Below, piece after piece: positions 1-8,784 of a DNA stretch of 37,427 nucleotides (positions are counted from its first letter, which is position 1; the number at the start of each line of letters is the position of its first letter). The DNA is from a virus (lineage: Duplodnaviria > Caudoviricetes), in IMG/VR virus record IMGVR_UViG_3300027653_000034, positions 1-37,427 of that record; one strand, given 5' to 3'. The notes under the pieces are model-generated. The model made no database searches. It saw only the letters and a list, made by a program, of their open reading frames with translations, and was not told the origin of the DNA. Position numbers and translations under genes: made by a program.

Positions 1-125
1 GACGAAACTCCGGTACATCAAACCGCAGATCGTCAAATTCTCTCAGCGTGTTATTCCAAAGCGTTGTCCATTCGACCGATGGTGCGGTATCGCTCAGTTT
101 GACGATGGCATCCCAGTAGGTTTGG

Positions 126-167
126 TGAGCAGGAGTGAGATAAATCTACCGCACAAGCGTGATAATT
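126..167 (+). repeat. Left end (attL) with two transposase-binding-like GATAA boxes
   Basis: TGAGCAGGAGTGA-GATAAAT-N10-AGCGTGATAATT aligns without gaps to the reverse complement of the right end. Confidence 0.85.
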
Positions 168-304
168 ATGGGATATAGAGCGACTGATGGGGACATAGTG
201 GGATGTGAAGTGAAAGAGTGTTCCACTATGAGCAACCGGACGACGCCGCCAAAACACGCAGCAAGTATAGCAAAACCCGCGCGTCTTCGGCGTTTACTTT
301 CAAG

Positions 305-658
305 TCAGATTAGGCGGGGTTGTCTGCGAGCGATGTCGCGTTTGCGGGCGCGGCTGATTACTTTGTAGATGCCGCGTTGCGTCATGTTGTAGGTGCGCGC
401 AAGCTCGGCGTAGTTATTGCCGGTGAATGCTTCATAGATTTCTACGTCACGCTTTGCCAATTTCCAGTGGTAGTCCTTTGGAATGTTGATCAGCTGGCCG
501 CCCCATTGCTCTGCCAGGTAGTCAGCCACCGCAGCACCGGCCTGGACTGCGACATCGGGATCGATGCTGTGATCCGATAGCACGTGAGTTGTGTAGCGTT
601 CGATCTCTGATAGTAGCTCGTGTCGCTGATGTTCCATATTCGATTTTTGAGCCGTCAT
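305..658 (-). CDS. mor: Mor/C family transcription activator
   Basis: WGGQLINIPK...RDVEIYEAFTGNNYAELARTYNMTQRGIYKVI is the Mor-family signature with C-terminal HTH. Confidence 0.9.
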   Translation of the reverse strand: MTAQKSNMEHQRHELLSEIERYTTHVLSDHSIDPDVAVQAGAAVADYLAEQWGGQLINIPKDYHWKLAKRDVEIYEAFTGNNYAELARTYNMTQRGIYKVISRARKRDIARRQPRLI

Positions 659-1140
659 TTTGCCCCTCCATCATCTATAGCTATCGCGCGATGGCGCCAT
701 TTCTTTAGGTTTTCAATGACTTGGCTGGCTTGGTCGGTGCTGAGCCATTGAAGCGCGCTGACGCCGACCATGCGCTGAACGAAGCTTGCCAGGGCACGTT
801 CTGATGGGTCCCTCACTGCGCCTTGCTCATGCAGGCTCAGCCAGAGTTGTCGAATGCGGCGAGATTGCCTATCGTCAGCCAAGGGTAGGTCAGGCGCTTT
901 CTTCTTGCTCTTGGGGCGAACTTTGAAGCCCTTGGCCTTGAGCTGATCTAGCACCAGTTCGAGACCGTCGATGGACAGGTCAGCACTGCTGGTTCTGCCA
1001 CCCAGGGCGGGCATATTGGCGAGCATGGTGCGATAGCTTTCATCGGCCATACCCAGCTCACGCCGAGCCACGTGGATCAGCTTGATCAGACGCAGGCGGC
1101 GCTGGTCGCCCTTAGTTTTGTGCGCTGGATTGCGGCTCAT
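655..1140 (-). CDS. gemA: GemA / Mu gp16 family protein (DUF1018)
   Basis: LIKLIHVARRELGMADESYR...SSADLS...IRQLW...ALASFVQR...VIENLKKW; adjacent to mor as in Mu. Confidence 0.88.
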   Translation of the reverse strand: MSRNPAHKTKGDQRRLRLIKLIHVARRELGMADESYRTMLANMPALGGRTSSADLSIDGLELVLDQLKAKGFKVRPKSKKKAPDLPLADDRQSRRIRQLWLSLHEQGAVRDPSERALASFVQRMVGVSALQWLSTDQASQVIENLKKWRHRAIAIDDGGAK

Positions 1141-1363
1141 TGCGCCACGCCTCCCCTGTGAAAATAGAGCGCAGGAACTTGTAGACCCTTAGTTCCTCAC
1201 GGATGGTTTGCATGTGCCGTGACGCGGCTGGTTTGTTGTCAGCGGCGCGGGCGACGATGTAGCAATACCGGGCAGTGCGAAGGCGCTGCTGGGTGCGCGT
1301 GATGGCTTGGTGAGCTACGGCCTTGCCTGCTTTACGCGAAGGTATGAATATCGCTTGTGTCAC
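1112..1363 (-). CDS. Hypothetical early protein
   Basis: Coupled ORF in the early operon, GGAGGT RBS, overlaps neighbours. Confidence 0.6.
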   Translation of the reverse strand: MTQAIFIPSRKAGKAVAHQAITRTQQRLRTARYCYIVARAADNKPAASRHMQTIREELRVYKFLRSIFTGEAWRNEPQSSAQN

Positions 1364-1773
1364 AGCTGATACCTCCGCTCAAGACCTGAATCACCTCTTA
1401 CGGTCATTAGCCACTTTAGAGCGGTTTGCTCCAGCTCTTGGATCGTTTCACCGTAGATCCAGGAGCGCACAGTATGACCCCACGAAAATCCATAAGGCGT
1501 CTCCGCACGAGCCAGGAAACCAAACTTCCCCTCTTCGATAATCCGATCAATATAATAATCGTCACTCCCAATATCGCCCTCGTCTGGAAGACTTAAATCC
1601 AACGCATCAAACACATTTTCAAAGTCGAAATCGAAATCTTCATGAATGTTTGTCAGCTGTCCGTTGCAGTTCGGAATCAGAGACGCTAGCCAGCAGATGT
1701 CCGTAATACGCAAATGCAGATTTTCGAAGCGTGCGAGAACTTGAAGGGGGCTGGCGCTGGTAGGGTCAGCCAT
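1360..1773 (-). CDS. Hypothetical acidic early protein
   Basis: 137 aa, GGAG RBS, tightly packed in the operon, AT-richer than surroundings. Confidence 0.7.
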   Translation of the reverse strand: MADPTSASPLQVLARFENLHLRITDICWLASLIPNCNGQLTNIHEDFDFDFENVFDALDLSLPDEGDIGSDDYYIDRIIEEGKFGFLARAETPYGFSWGHTVRSWIYGETIQELEQTALKWLMTVRGDSGLERRYQL

Positions 1774-1775
1774 GG

Positions 1776-2072
1776 TTACTCCTCCCGGGCGCTGAAGCGC
1801 GGTTGAAAAAATCCGGTCAGCCTGCCTGTTTGGCGGCTTACGTGCCGATCGATACCTACGACGTCATGCAAGAAATTAAACCTGTCTGCCTCCAGAAGTC
1901 GTTGCAAATCCAATTTGCAACCATTCGCGTGGCAGGCAGTAATAGACATCGCGACCTGCGTTAACGGGTCATCACCGAAAATCTCAGGGCCGAGCTCTTC
2001 TGATGCACGATTCGCGATGGCTTCAATGAGGGCACGATCACTTACGGACGTTTTAAAGGAGATGTTTGACAT
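1776..2072 (-). CDS. Conserved phage protein (DUF6874-like)
   Basis: MSITACHANGCKLDLQRLLEADRFNFLHDVVGIDRH...FQPRF motif pattern. Confidence 0.7.
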   Translation of the reverse strand: MSNISFKTSVSDRALIEAIANRASEELGPEIFGDDPLTQVAMSITACHANGCKLDLQRLLEADRFNFLHDVVGIDRHVSRQTGRLTGFFQPRFSAREE

Positions 2073-2074
2073 AG

Positions 2075-2701
2075 TTACACCTTCGCTATATCAAGAGGCA
2101 GCTGATCGTATTGATCGGTGCGGCCGGCGCGTTTGTAGAGGCGCAGGTAGGTGATGCTGGCCTGCACGCGGATGCTGTCGGTGATGATTTCCATGGCTTT
2201 TTTCCAGCGCTCGTCATCGATGTCGTGGCTGCGTAGATCCAGTACACGGCTGACGCTGATCTCGCCGGCCGCGTTGCGGCGGAAGGCTCGGTCGGCAATT
2301 ACGACCAGGCCGCGCGGCACACCGGGGCGCCCGCTCCAGTCGCGCAGGCATTCGTCGATCAGCTCTTTAGCGGCCAGTAGACGCTCATCAAATGTCATGC
2401 TGTCATGGTTGGCGCGCATGATGCGGTACTTGCCGTCGAAGCTTGTGAGCTGCACGTTGCCCTTTTTACCACCCAGCTCAACACCGTACTCCTGGGCGCT
2501 GGTCTCGATGAAGGCGGCGATCTCAGACAGCGTGTCTTGTTTGAACGCCTGCAGACGCTCGGACAGCTCTTGCGCACGCTGCACAATGCGCATGACTAAA
2601 TCGTCGCGCAGTGCATCGATGGGTTTGATGGTGTCTACCGGGACCATGCGCCCGGAGGCGTCTTCCCGATAGCCATCAAGAGTGGTAGGTGAGTTGCTCA
2701 T
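2075..2701 (-). CDS. DUF3164 family Mu-like phage protein
   Basis: Start reassigned to ATG 2701 (GGAGG RBS); GGKKGNVQLTSFDGKY...FDERLLAAKELIDECL...W motifs. Confidence 0.85.
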   Translation of the reverse strand: MSNSPTTLDGYREDASGRMVPVDTIKPIDALRDDLVMRIVQRAQELSERLQAFKQDTLSEIAAFIETSAQEYGVELGGKKGNVQLTSFDGKYRIMRANHDSMTFDERLLAAKELIDECLRDWSGRPGVPRGLVVIADRAFRRNAAGEISVSRVLDLRSHDIDDERWKKAMEIITDSIRVQASITYLRLYKRAGRTDQYDQLPLDIAKV

Positions 2702-3017
2702 AATGAGCCTCCGTATAGTTGGATAAGTAATTGACCCAAACTGCAACGCCGCCCCCTTCGGGAGCCTCGTTTTTGAGCATTTGTGCAAGCCAGCCACGAT
2801 ACGAGCGCAGCGCGGCTTGTTTGTCGTTAACAGTGGTGGCTTCGCGCATGCCTGGCACACACAGCAGCTCGCCTTTTTGGCAAGCGGTGTTGCTGAGCAA
2901 TTGCTTAAGCGCGGCTTCATGCCCTTTGGCGATGGGCAGGCAGTGCCGCGGCATCTCCATGGAATAATGGATGACGCCATCGCCCTGGCAGTAGGCGTGC
3001 ATAATGGGTGTGCTCAT
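2676..3017 (-). CDS. Small Mu-like early protein (family often annotated as host nuclease inhibitor)
   Basis: ATG 3017 with GAGG RBS; HAYCQGDGVI...P...LPIAKG...LCVPGMREA pattern. Confidence 0.6.
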   Translation of the reverse strand: MSTPIMHAYCQGDGVIHYSMEMPRHCLPIAKGHEAALKQLLSNTACQKGELLCVPGMREATTVNDKQAALRSYRGWLAQMLKNEAPEGGGVAVWVNYLSNYTEAHYEQLTYHS

Positions 3018-3238
3018 ACTGACGCCCTCGAATACGGTTGGTCGCGATGATGGGCTTGCAAAGCGGTCGTCACTTTTTGCGCGAACTCGGATTCGATTTG
3101 AATGCCCACCAGCGCCCGCTGAATGCCACTCCAATCGCGTGTGTCCACGGCTTTTTTCAGCTTGGAGGTGTGCAGTTGCAACAGCGCTTGCGACGCGCAA
3201 AGGTCCGACACGCTGTAAGGTGTGTAAACCAATGACAT
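3014..3238 (-). CDS. Hypothetical early protein
   Basis: ATG 3238 overlaps upstream stop, GGAGG RBS; 74 aa. Confidence 0.6.
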   Translation of the reverse strand: MSLVYTPYSVSDLCASQALLQLHTSKLKKAVDTRDWSGIQRALVGIQIESEFAQKVTTALQAHHRDQPYSRASV

Positions 3239-3564
3239 TAGTGCGTCCTCCGCTTTATATGTATTCTTGGGGAGCGTGGTTCGGGCTGCGTGCCATCCCA
3301 GGCACGTAACCAGCGTACTCGCACGTTGTCCTCCACCAGCTTTTCCATTTCCACCCACACGCCAGCCGAGTCACGGTATACGCGCCGGACGTAACCGAGC
3401 AGTTTGTCGTTGGCTGCGTGTTCCCTTAATAGAATGATGGTGCCGCTGGGCGTTAACGTTAAGCCCGCGATTACAAAGCCCATATCGTCTAGCGCCGCCA
3501 TGCCCGCTTCCGCTTCTTTGAAGCGTCGGCGGAGAGGTGATGGAAAGCGTCTAATCGAAGCCAT
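3238..3564 (-). CDS. Hypothetical early protein
   Basis: Directly follows the ATPase with GGAGGT RBS. Confidence 0.7.
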   Translation of the reverse strand: MASIRRFPSPLRRRFKEAEAGMAALDDMGFVIAGLTLTPSGTIILLREHAANDKLLGYVRRVYRDSAGVWVEMEKLVEDNVRVRWLRAWDGTQPEPRSPRIHIKRRTH

Positions 3565-3565
3565 G

Positions 3566-4726
3566 TCACACCTCCGTCACTATTTCGCGGGTGATCATGG
3601 GCACACCGATTTGCGCCGCCAGGTTAGCGGCGGCGATTACAAAGTTACCGATGGCTAAGGGATACAACTGGCTGTCACCGTCCCGGTTCACCAGCCGTTC
3701 GCTGAGCGCCTGCAACCCGGAATCGTCAATGACTTTGCCCACATCGTTGCCACAACGTGAAAAGCGGTGGCCCAAAAATTCCAACAGCAGGCCTGGCTCA
3801 ATGGGTTGCAAATGAACCACTTCGCAGCGCTGTACAACTTCGCGAACTTCAAGGTTGCGCTCGCTGAGTTTGACGGTCAGTTCCGGCTGCCCTATTAGGA
3901 TCACACTCACCAGTTTCGTGAAGCCGACCTCCAACTCCATGATTCGCTTCAGATGCTTGAGTGTCGGAATTGGCAAACTGTGCGCCTCCTCAATGACCAG
4001 GCAATGCTTGTAGCCTGCAGAGTGGCTTTCTTTCAGTGCTTGGTGTAACTGCTGGAAGCGCGCCTGGGGCGACGAGCGCGGGCGCTCAAGCGGCGCTACG
4101 GCGGATAGAATCGCTTCCGCAATGTGGGTGCTTTTTAGGGTTTTGCCCTTGCGGTCGTTGTCTTCCGCCGCGAGCACATAGGGCTGAATCATCGTGATGG
4201 GCTGATGCTCGGCCTCAATGCGGTTTTCCAAGTCGCGGCGCAGAGTGCTTTTACCGGCACCGGATTCCCCAACCACGGCCAGGAAGCCGCCGTGCTTGGC
4301 GGTTTGAAACATGGCCTCGCGCACGTAGCGGATATCGGGCGATACCCACATGTCGTCTGAGCACTGCAGGTCCGCGAATGGATCACGGAATAAGCCGAAT
4401 GCCTTCTTGGCGGCTGGTGTTAACACTTGCTTGCGTAGTAACATATTGTCGTCCTCCTCGGACTGATGGTTGTCATTTGCACAATCGTCAGGGGTCGCCG
4501 CATGGCAGTGCGGCGGCTCCACCTTCACTACTTCAAACACATCTCCGCTCACCGGCTCTCCAATGAACGACAGAATCCGCTGTTCTAACTCCGGGCGCTG
4601 GATGGACTTGGGCCACTGGTTGTGATTGACCAGTTGCGCGACGGCGGCGGAGCTCACATTTATTGCCCGCGCCAAAGCCGCTTGGGTCAGCCTCCGGCTT
4701 TTTAACTCTTGCTTTAGTGCCAACAT
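3566..4726 (-). CDS. MuB-like transposition ATPase (ExeA/AAA family, N-terminal HTH)
   Basis: Walker A GESGAGKS, Walker B LVIEEAH, ILIGQPEL; directly downstream of the transposase. Confidence 0.92.
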   Translation of the reverse strand: MLALKQELKSRRLTQAALARAINVSSAAVAQLVNHNQWPKSIQRPELEQRILSFIGEPVSGDVFEVVKVEPPHCHAATPDDCANDNHQSEEDDNMLLRKQVLTPAAKKAFGLFRDPFADLQCSDDMWVSPDIRYVREAMFQTAKHGGFLAVVGESGAGKSTLRRDLENRIEAEHQPITMIQPYVLAAEDNDRKGKTLKSTHIAEAILSAVAPLERPRSSPQARFQQLHQALKESHSAGYKHCLVIEEAHSLPIPTLKHLKRIMELEVGFTKLVSVILIGQPELTVKLSERNLEVREVVQRCEVVHLQPIEPGLLLEFLGHRFSRCGNDVGKVIDDSGLQALSERLVNRDGDSQLYPLAIGNFVIAAANLAAQIGVPMITREIVTEV

Positions 4727-4735
4727 GGGTAACTC

Positions 4736-6505
4736 CTACTTAACAACCCGCAACGGTGCCGGAGCATCAGTTGTGGTGAGCTGCTGTTCCACTTGGGGTA
4801 AAACGTCACGGGGCACACCGTCTGCATAATGCTTCTGCAGCCAAGTGAAGTGCTCCGCGCCTTTCCACTGATCACCCAGGCGTTTGGATAAAATCTTGGC
4901 CGCTTCCACGTGGCTGAGGGGCTTGATTTCTACAGCCGGGCCGGTGATTTCTGACTCGGTACCGCGTTTGGGAATGTAGTCCGCCAGTGGCGTGTCGTTG
5001 ATGGGCTTCATGCTGTCGACTGTCCCCCCAAACGGTACGGCCTTTTTCCGGCGCGCTTTCTCGGCGTCGGCGTCGGTGTCCGTTTGCGTGACCAAACGTT
5101 CAACGGCCTTGCGTTCGGTATCACTGCGGGTGTCCTGGTGGGCGCGGTAGCCCGAACCAATTTCAACGGCATCGCGGCTAAAGCCGTACTCGTCCCGCTC
5201 TATGGGTTCAATTACATGGGCAACTTCGCGGCCCTCGCTGTTCGTGGTCATTACCTGGGCGCTGCCGTCTTCACGCCAAGGGTTTCGGCATACGTCTACC
5301 GTCGCGCCCACTACAACATCTGGGACGTGGCTGACGCTGTACTCGTGCCCGCCGAACTTGATGGTCAGCTGTGGTGTCACTTTGCGTGTTTGTGTTGCGC
5401 TGTAGGCTAGCTCACGCATTACCTCCGGCGGCGGTGCCAGACGCAACTGCTCTTGGGTAATGGTCAGCCACACGTCGTACCGGGTGCGCTGGGTTCGCGT
5501 GTGCGTGCGGCTGGAGTTGAATGCGCGCATCCAGGCCCAGGCGAGCGTGTTGATTTCGTCAAGGGTCTGGGGCGCGTTGGGTAGAAATTTAAGGCGGTGC
5601 TCAAAATCGCGCTCTACCGTATCGTTCGCCTGTTCAACTTGCCCCTTACCCCAGGGCTGACCAGGGCGGTTAACCTGCACATCCACATTCAGCGCGCGGC
5701 ATAGGTTTTTAAACACTGCGCCCGTGTTGGCGCTGCCGGGGTCAACCATAACCATGAGTGGTACGCCATTAAACGGGTCTTTGGGGTGGCGTCGCTGGGT
5801 GGCATTGATGAATGCCTCGGTCAGGTTTTGTCCGGTCTCGGCTCCCAGCACGTAGTGCACGTAAATCACGCCGCTGGTGTGGTCGGTAATCACATAGCGC
5901 CAGACACGCTCCTTCTCGATTTTGCGAATGTTGGCCGGCTTGTTTTTGTAGAACTCCTTCTCACTCATCACCTGCAGGCCGTCGCCCTGTTTTTTGGGCA
6001 GGTAGTACAGCACGCACAGGCTGGGGTCGATCTGCCAGACGTGGTTGGGATGGCGGCTGGACATCTGCACCTTGGGCGATGGCTGGTTAAGCTGGTCTGG
6101 GTGCAGGCCGTGGCGCGTCAGCCCCCGGCTAACCGCGCTCACGCTCAGTGGCAGCACTTCGCCGGTGGATATATCCACACGCTCGGCGCGCACCATGTTA
6201 TTGCTGCGCAGCACCTCCAGAGCGTTTTCAATGCTGGCCAGGCGCTTGCCGTTGGCCCGGCAGCTCTCCATCAGGTACCCGCTGATGATGCGTGCCTCCT
6301 CTAAGGTGAGTGCGGTTGTTCCGGCATCGTCTCGCCGTTTTCTCGGCTTGGTCATGGTCACCTCTTTGAGTCTTCGGTGGAGCGTGGCTACGCTTATACC
6401 CAAGTCCTGCGCGGCCGCTTCATACACCGCGCGTTTGCGTCCGTGGCCTGCTGCCTCCGCATTCCGCGCAACGGCGAGCAGGCGTTCAATGAGTGCTGGA
6501 TTCAT
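4736..6505 (-). CDS. MuA-like DDE transposase
   Basis: N-terminal HTH; PNHVWQID...MVDPGSAN...KGQVE catalytic pattern; Mu-type C-terminal domain. Confidence 0.93.
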   Translation of the reverse strand: MNPALIERLLAVARNAEAAGHGRKRAVYEAAAQDLGISVATLHRRLKEVTMTKPRKRRDDAGTTALTLEEARIISGYLMESCRANGKRLASIENALEVLRSNNMVRAERVDISTGEVLPLSVSAVSRGLTRHGLHPDQLNQPSPKVQMSSRHPNHVWQIDPSLCVLYYLPKKQGDGLQVMSEKEFYKNKPANIRKIEKERVWRYVITDHTSGVIYVHYVLGAETGQNLTEAFINATQRRHPKDPFNGVPLMVMVDPGSANTGAVFKNLCRALNVDVQVNRPGQPWGKGQVEQANDTVERDFEHRLKFLPNAPQTLDEINTLAWAWMRAFNSSRTHTRTQRTRYDVWLTITQEQLRLAPPPEVMRELAYSATQTRKVTPQLTIKFGGHEYSVSHVPDVVVGATVDVCRNPWREDGSAQVMTTNSEGREVAHVIEPIERDEYGFSRDAVEIGSGYRAHQDTRSDTERKAVERLVTQTDTDADAEKARRKKAVPFGGTVDSMKPINDTPLADYIPKRGTESEITGPAVEIKPLSHVEAAKILSKRLGDQWKGAEHFTWLQKHYADGVPRDVLPQVEQQLTTTDAPAPLRVVK

Positions 6506-6522
6506 GGCCCGACTCGTGGTTG

Positions 6523-7437
6523 TTATTGAGAGGTCGCGGTGTCCGGTTCCGCGTCGAACTCAGGGTCTGCCCATTCGGGCACATCCGGCACGGTGCGCTC
6601 GATGCCGATAACACTGCGCAGGTACAGCACAGCTTCGTCGAGCAGGTCGAGCCGGTTTTCCAGCCAGGCGTACTGGCTGTTGTCGGTTAGCGGTGAACCC
6701 TCATTCACGGTGCCGTGTTGTAGCACTCGCTGGAAAACATCCACCAGGGTTGTGCGTATCAAGCTTTCGGCTTCGTCGGCGGGTTGGCTGGCGGTCGCGC
6801 GCAGCTCGACAATTTCATCATCGCGGCTCACGGCGCGACCTGTTTCGATTTTGAGTTTGCGCAGCTCCTCAGCCTGGGCGGCGTCGTGTTTGCTGAGTGC
6901 TTCTTTATCGGCGCGCAGTTCGCGGATTTTCTTTTTAAGCTCGCTGCACGTCATGCGCTCCAGCTCGTCTAACTCGATATCACCAACGGTGCCGCCTTCG
7001 CCGAGCTGCTCCAGTTCATCGTCGTCGAGCGTCATCAGCTCCAAGAGCTTTGTTTTATGGGTGGTGGCTTCCAGCAGTTTGCGGCTGCCAGGGGACGATA
7101 AAAATTTAACTGCGGCTTGCATCATCCGCTGAGCCGTTCGCGGATGAACGCCAATGCGCTCCAGCGACGTCAACCAATCACCATGCTCGCAATGCTCTTT
7201 GATCACGATGAGGTGTCGCCCAGCATCAATCATTGCTCGAGCACCACGCTCCATGGCCTCGCGCGCTTTCAGTTCGGAGAGGTGAAGGTCAAAGAACTGC
7301 TCTCCGTCGCCATAGGTGGTCAGTATTTTTTCTGAATGAGCCGATGCTGTATTCACGGTGTCGCTGATGGCGGTTTGCACCTCTTCGTCGACCTCGGTCT
7401 GATCGATGGTGGTTGGGGTTTTTGCTTTTCTAGCCAT
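6523..7437 (-). CDS. DUF3102-like protein
   Basis: ATG 7437 with GGAGG RBS; GRHLIVIKEHCEHGDW...RTAQRMMQAAVKF motif followed by coiled coil. Confidence 0.8.
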   Translation of the reverse strand: MARKAKTPTTIDQTEVDEEVQTAISDTVNTASAHSEKILTTYGDGEQFFDLHLSELKAREAMERGARAMIDAGRHLIVIKEHCEHGDWLTSLERIGVHPRTAQRMMQAAVKFLSSPGSRKLLEATTHKTKLLELMTLDDDELEQLGEGGTVGDIELDELERMTCSELKKKIRELRADKEALSKHDAAQAEELRKLKIETGRAVSRDDEIVELRATASQPADEAESLIRTTLVDVFQRVLQHGTVNEGSPLTDNSQYAWLENRLDLLDEAVLYLRSVIGIERTVPDVPEWADPEFDAEPDTATSQ

Positions 7438-7491
7438 GGTTCCTCCAGGGGTTTTAAATGCGCCAGCACGGCGTTTGTTGTTTGTTACCGT

Positions 7492-7517
7492 CAAATGCGA
7501 CATTGATGTCGCATTTG
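7492..7517. promoter_or_regulatory. Perfect 12-bp inverted repeat, putative operator
   Basis: CAAATGCGACAT-TG-ATGTCGCATTTG, intergenic upstream of the DUF3102-like and transposase genes. Confidence 0.6.
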
Positions 7518-7525
7518 CCCGTTCG

Positions 7526-7834
7526 TTAACTATGCGCGCCAGCGCCGACGCGCTGGTTCAGTTCATCCAGTCGCGCCTGGGCGCGGGCCACTTCGGTGGC
7601 GTGGGCCTGGGCTATTTGCAGCACCTTTATGCTCAGTGCGTAGCGCCCGCTCTCCAACTGTGTGGCCATGCCTTCGCTGATTAGCGTATTCAGGCAGCGG
7701 TTGATGGTGGCCGGGCTTTCGTCCAGCGCTTTGGCCAGTTCGCCGTTGCTCAGGCCGGTGATGCTGTGGCCGCGCAGTGCCGCCATTACTCGCAGTACGC
7801 GGGCGCCGCTGTTGCTGATTCGTCTGGTGCTCAC
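7526..7834 (-). CDS. IclR-like winged-HTH DNA-binding protein
   Basis: GLSNGELAKALDESPATINRCLNTLISEG...GRYAL. Confidence 0.8.
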   Translation of the reverse strand: MSTRRISNSGARVLRVMAALRGHSITGLSNGELAKALDESPATINRCLNTLISEGMATQLESGRYALSIKVLQIAQAHATEVARAQARLDELNQRVGAGAHS

Positions 7835-8019
7835 TGTTGTTGCTCCTTAATCTGGCGGGTGACTTCGTTGGCGATGTTCCCCTGCAATATGCCGAACTCT
7901 CGCAGCCACTGGTCCACGGGGCGCGCCCCTTCTTTCTCAGACGTTAAGGTCTGGTACCGCGCAACGAACTCCCCAAGCCGGCCGGATGCCAGATCGATGG
8001 TTATGGTCTTCTGGCTCAT
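7831..8019 (-). CDS. Hypothetical protein
   Basis: ATG overlaps upstream stop (ATGA coupling); 62 aa. Confidence 0.55.
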   Translation of the reverse strand: MSQKTITIDLASGRLGEFVARYQTLTSEKEGARPVDQWLREFGILQGNIANEVTRQIKEQQQ

Positions 8020-8453
8020 GCGACGCACCCCTTTTTGTTATTAACCGCAGCGGCCTGAATGCGCTCGGGCTGAGGTTCGGCGGGCAGGTCTGTAACGGTG
8101 ATGCGCTCCACTTTTGGGGCTATGCACACCGCAACCAGCACGTGCGCATCCGGGTGCTCGGCGCGGGCCGCTTCCACTTGTTTGCACAGCGCGGTGCTGC
8201 CGCTGCGGTAGCCCAGCTGGCCCGCCGGTACTGCCCATAGCACATCCCCATAATCTTCAACGTGCTTCGCCATCTCCTGGGCTTCCTCGCGCTGGCCTGC
8301 TAGCTGGGCCTCGCGGATCAGGCCGGTTACGTGCAGGGCGCTTACGCCGAACTCCTGAGCAATTTCATGAATGGTTCGGGTTTGTGTGCGGTAGCGAGCC
8401 AGGATCAGTGCATCGCGGTAGTCGCTGTGTGTTTTTTCTACTGTTGGTGACAT
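8016..8453 (-). CDS. Hypothetical protein with N-terminal HTH-like segment
   Basis: TIHEIAQEFGVSALHV; GAGGAG RBS. Confidence 0.65.
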   Translation of the reverse strand: MSPTVEKTHSDYRDALILARYRTQTRTIHEIAQEFGVSALHVTGLIREAQLAGQREEAQEMAKHVEDYGDVLWAVPAGQLGYRSGSTALCKQVEAARAEHPDAHVLVAVCIAPKVERITVTDLPAEPQPERIQAAAVNNKKGCVA

Positions 8454-8483
8454 GGCAGTGTCTCTCCTCGGTCGAGTATTCGG

Positions 8484-8690
8484 TTAAGCCGCCTGGTGGC
8501 GGGATTCGGCTTTCAGCCCCAACTTCACGGCAATCTCATGGGCCTTGCCTCGCTTTGCCTTCGCGAAGCCGTTCGTTACCCGATAAACCTCGTTCACCGT
8601 GTAGCCGTTTTCTCTGGCCCATGCGGCGAATGTGCGGCCCTCGCGCTCGAACTTTGCTTTGAGTTGCTCAGGGGTGAGTGTTTTGGCCAT
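8484..8690 (-). CDS. Ner/Cro-like DNA-binding protein (BcepMu gp16-like)
   Basis: LTPEQLKAKFEREGRTFAAWARENGY...GKAHEIAVKLGLK; first early gene, divergent from the repressor. Confidence 0.85.
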   Translation of the reverse strand: MAKTLTPEQLKAKFEREGRTFAAWARENGYTVNEVYRVTNGFAKAKRGKAHEIAVKLGLKAESRHQAA

Positions 8691-8747
8691 AGCGGGTCTC
8701 CTGTGGTGCTATGATTTACAATCAACAAACAATTAAATTGCCAGTTA

Positions 8748-8776
8748 AGAATACTTAACTATCTTTACTCAGTCAA
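8748..8776 (-). promoter_or_regulatory. Early lytic promoter (Pe-like), sigma70
   Basis: TTGACT-17 bp-TATTCT on the - strand; the -10 lies inside palindrome AGTTAAG-AATA-CTTAACT (8743-8760). Confidence 0.75.
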
Positions 8777-8784
8777 GGGGTGAT

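Noticed and set aside
51-368. ORFs 51-257 (-) and 159-368 (+)
   Set aside because: They span the attL/host junction or end repeats, lack an RBS and have no recognisable protein features
2075-2980. Long versions of ORFs in the track (2075-2980, 2676-3200, 21069-21914, 6523-7503)
   Set aside because: Upstream extensions overlap other real genes or regulatory DNA; downstream starts have a better RBS or match family N-termini
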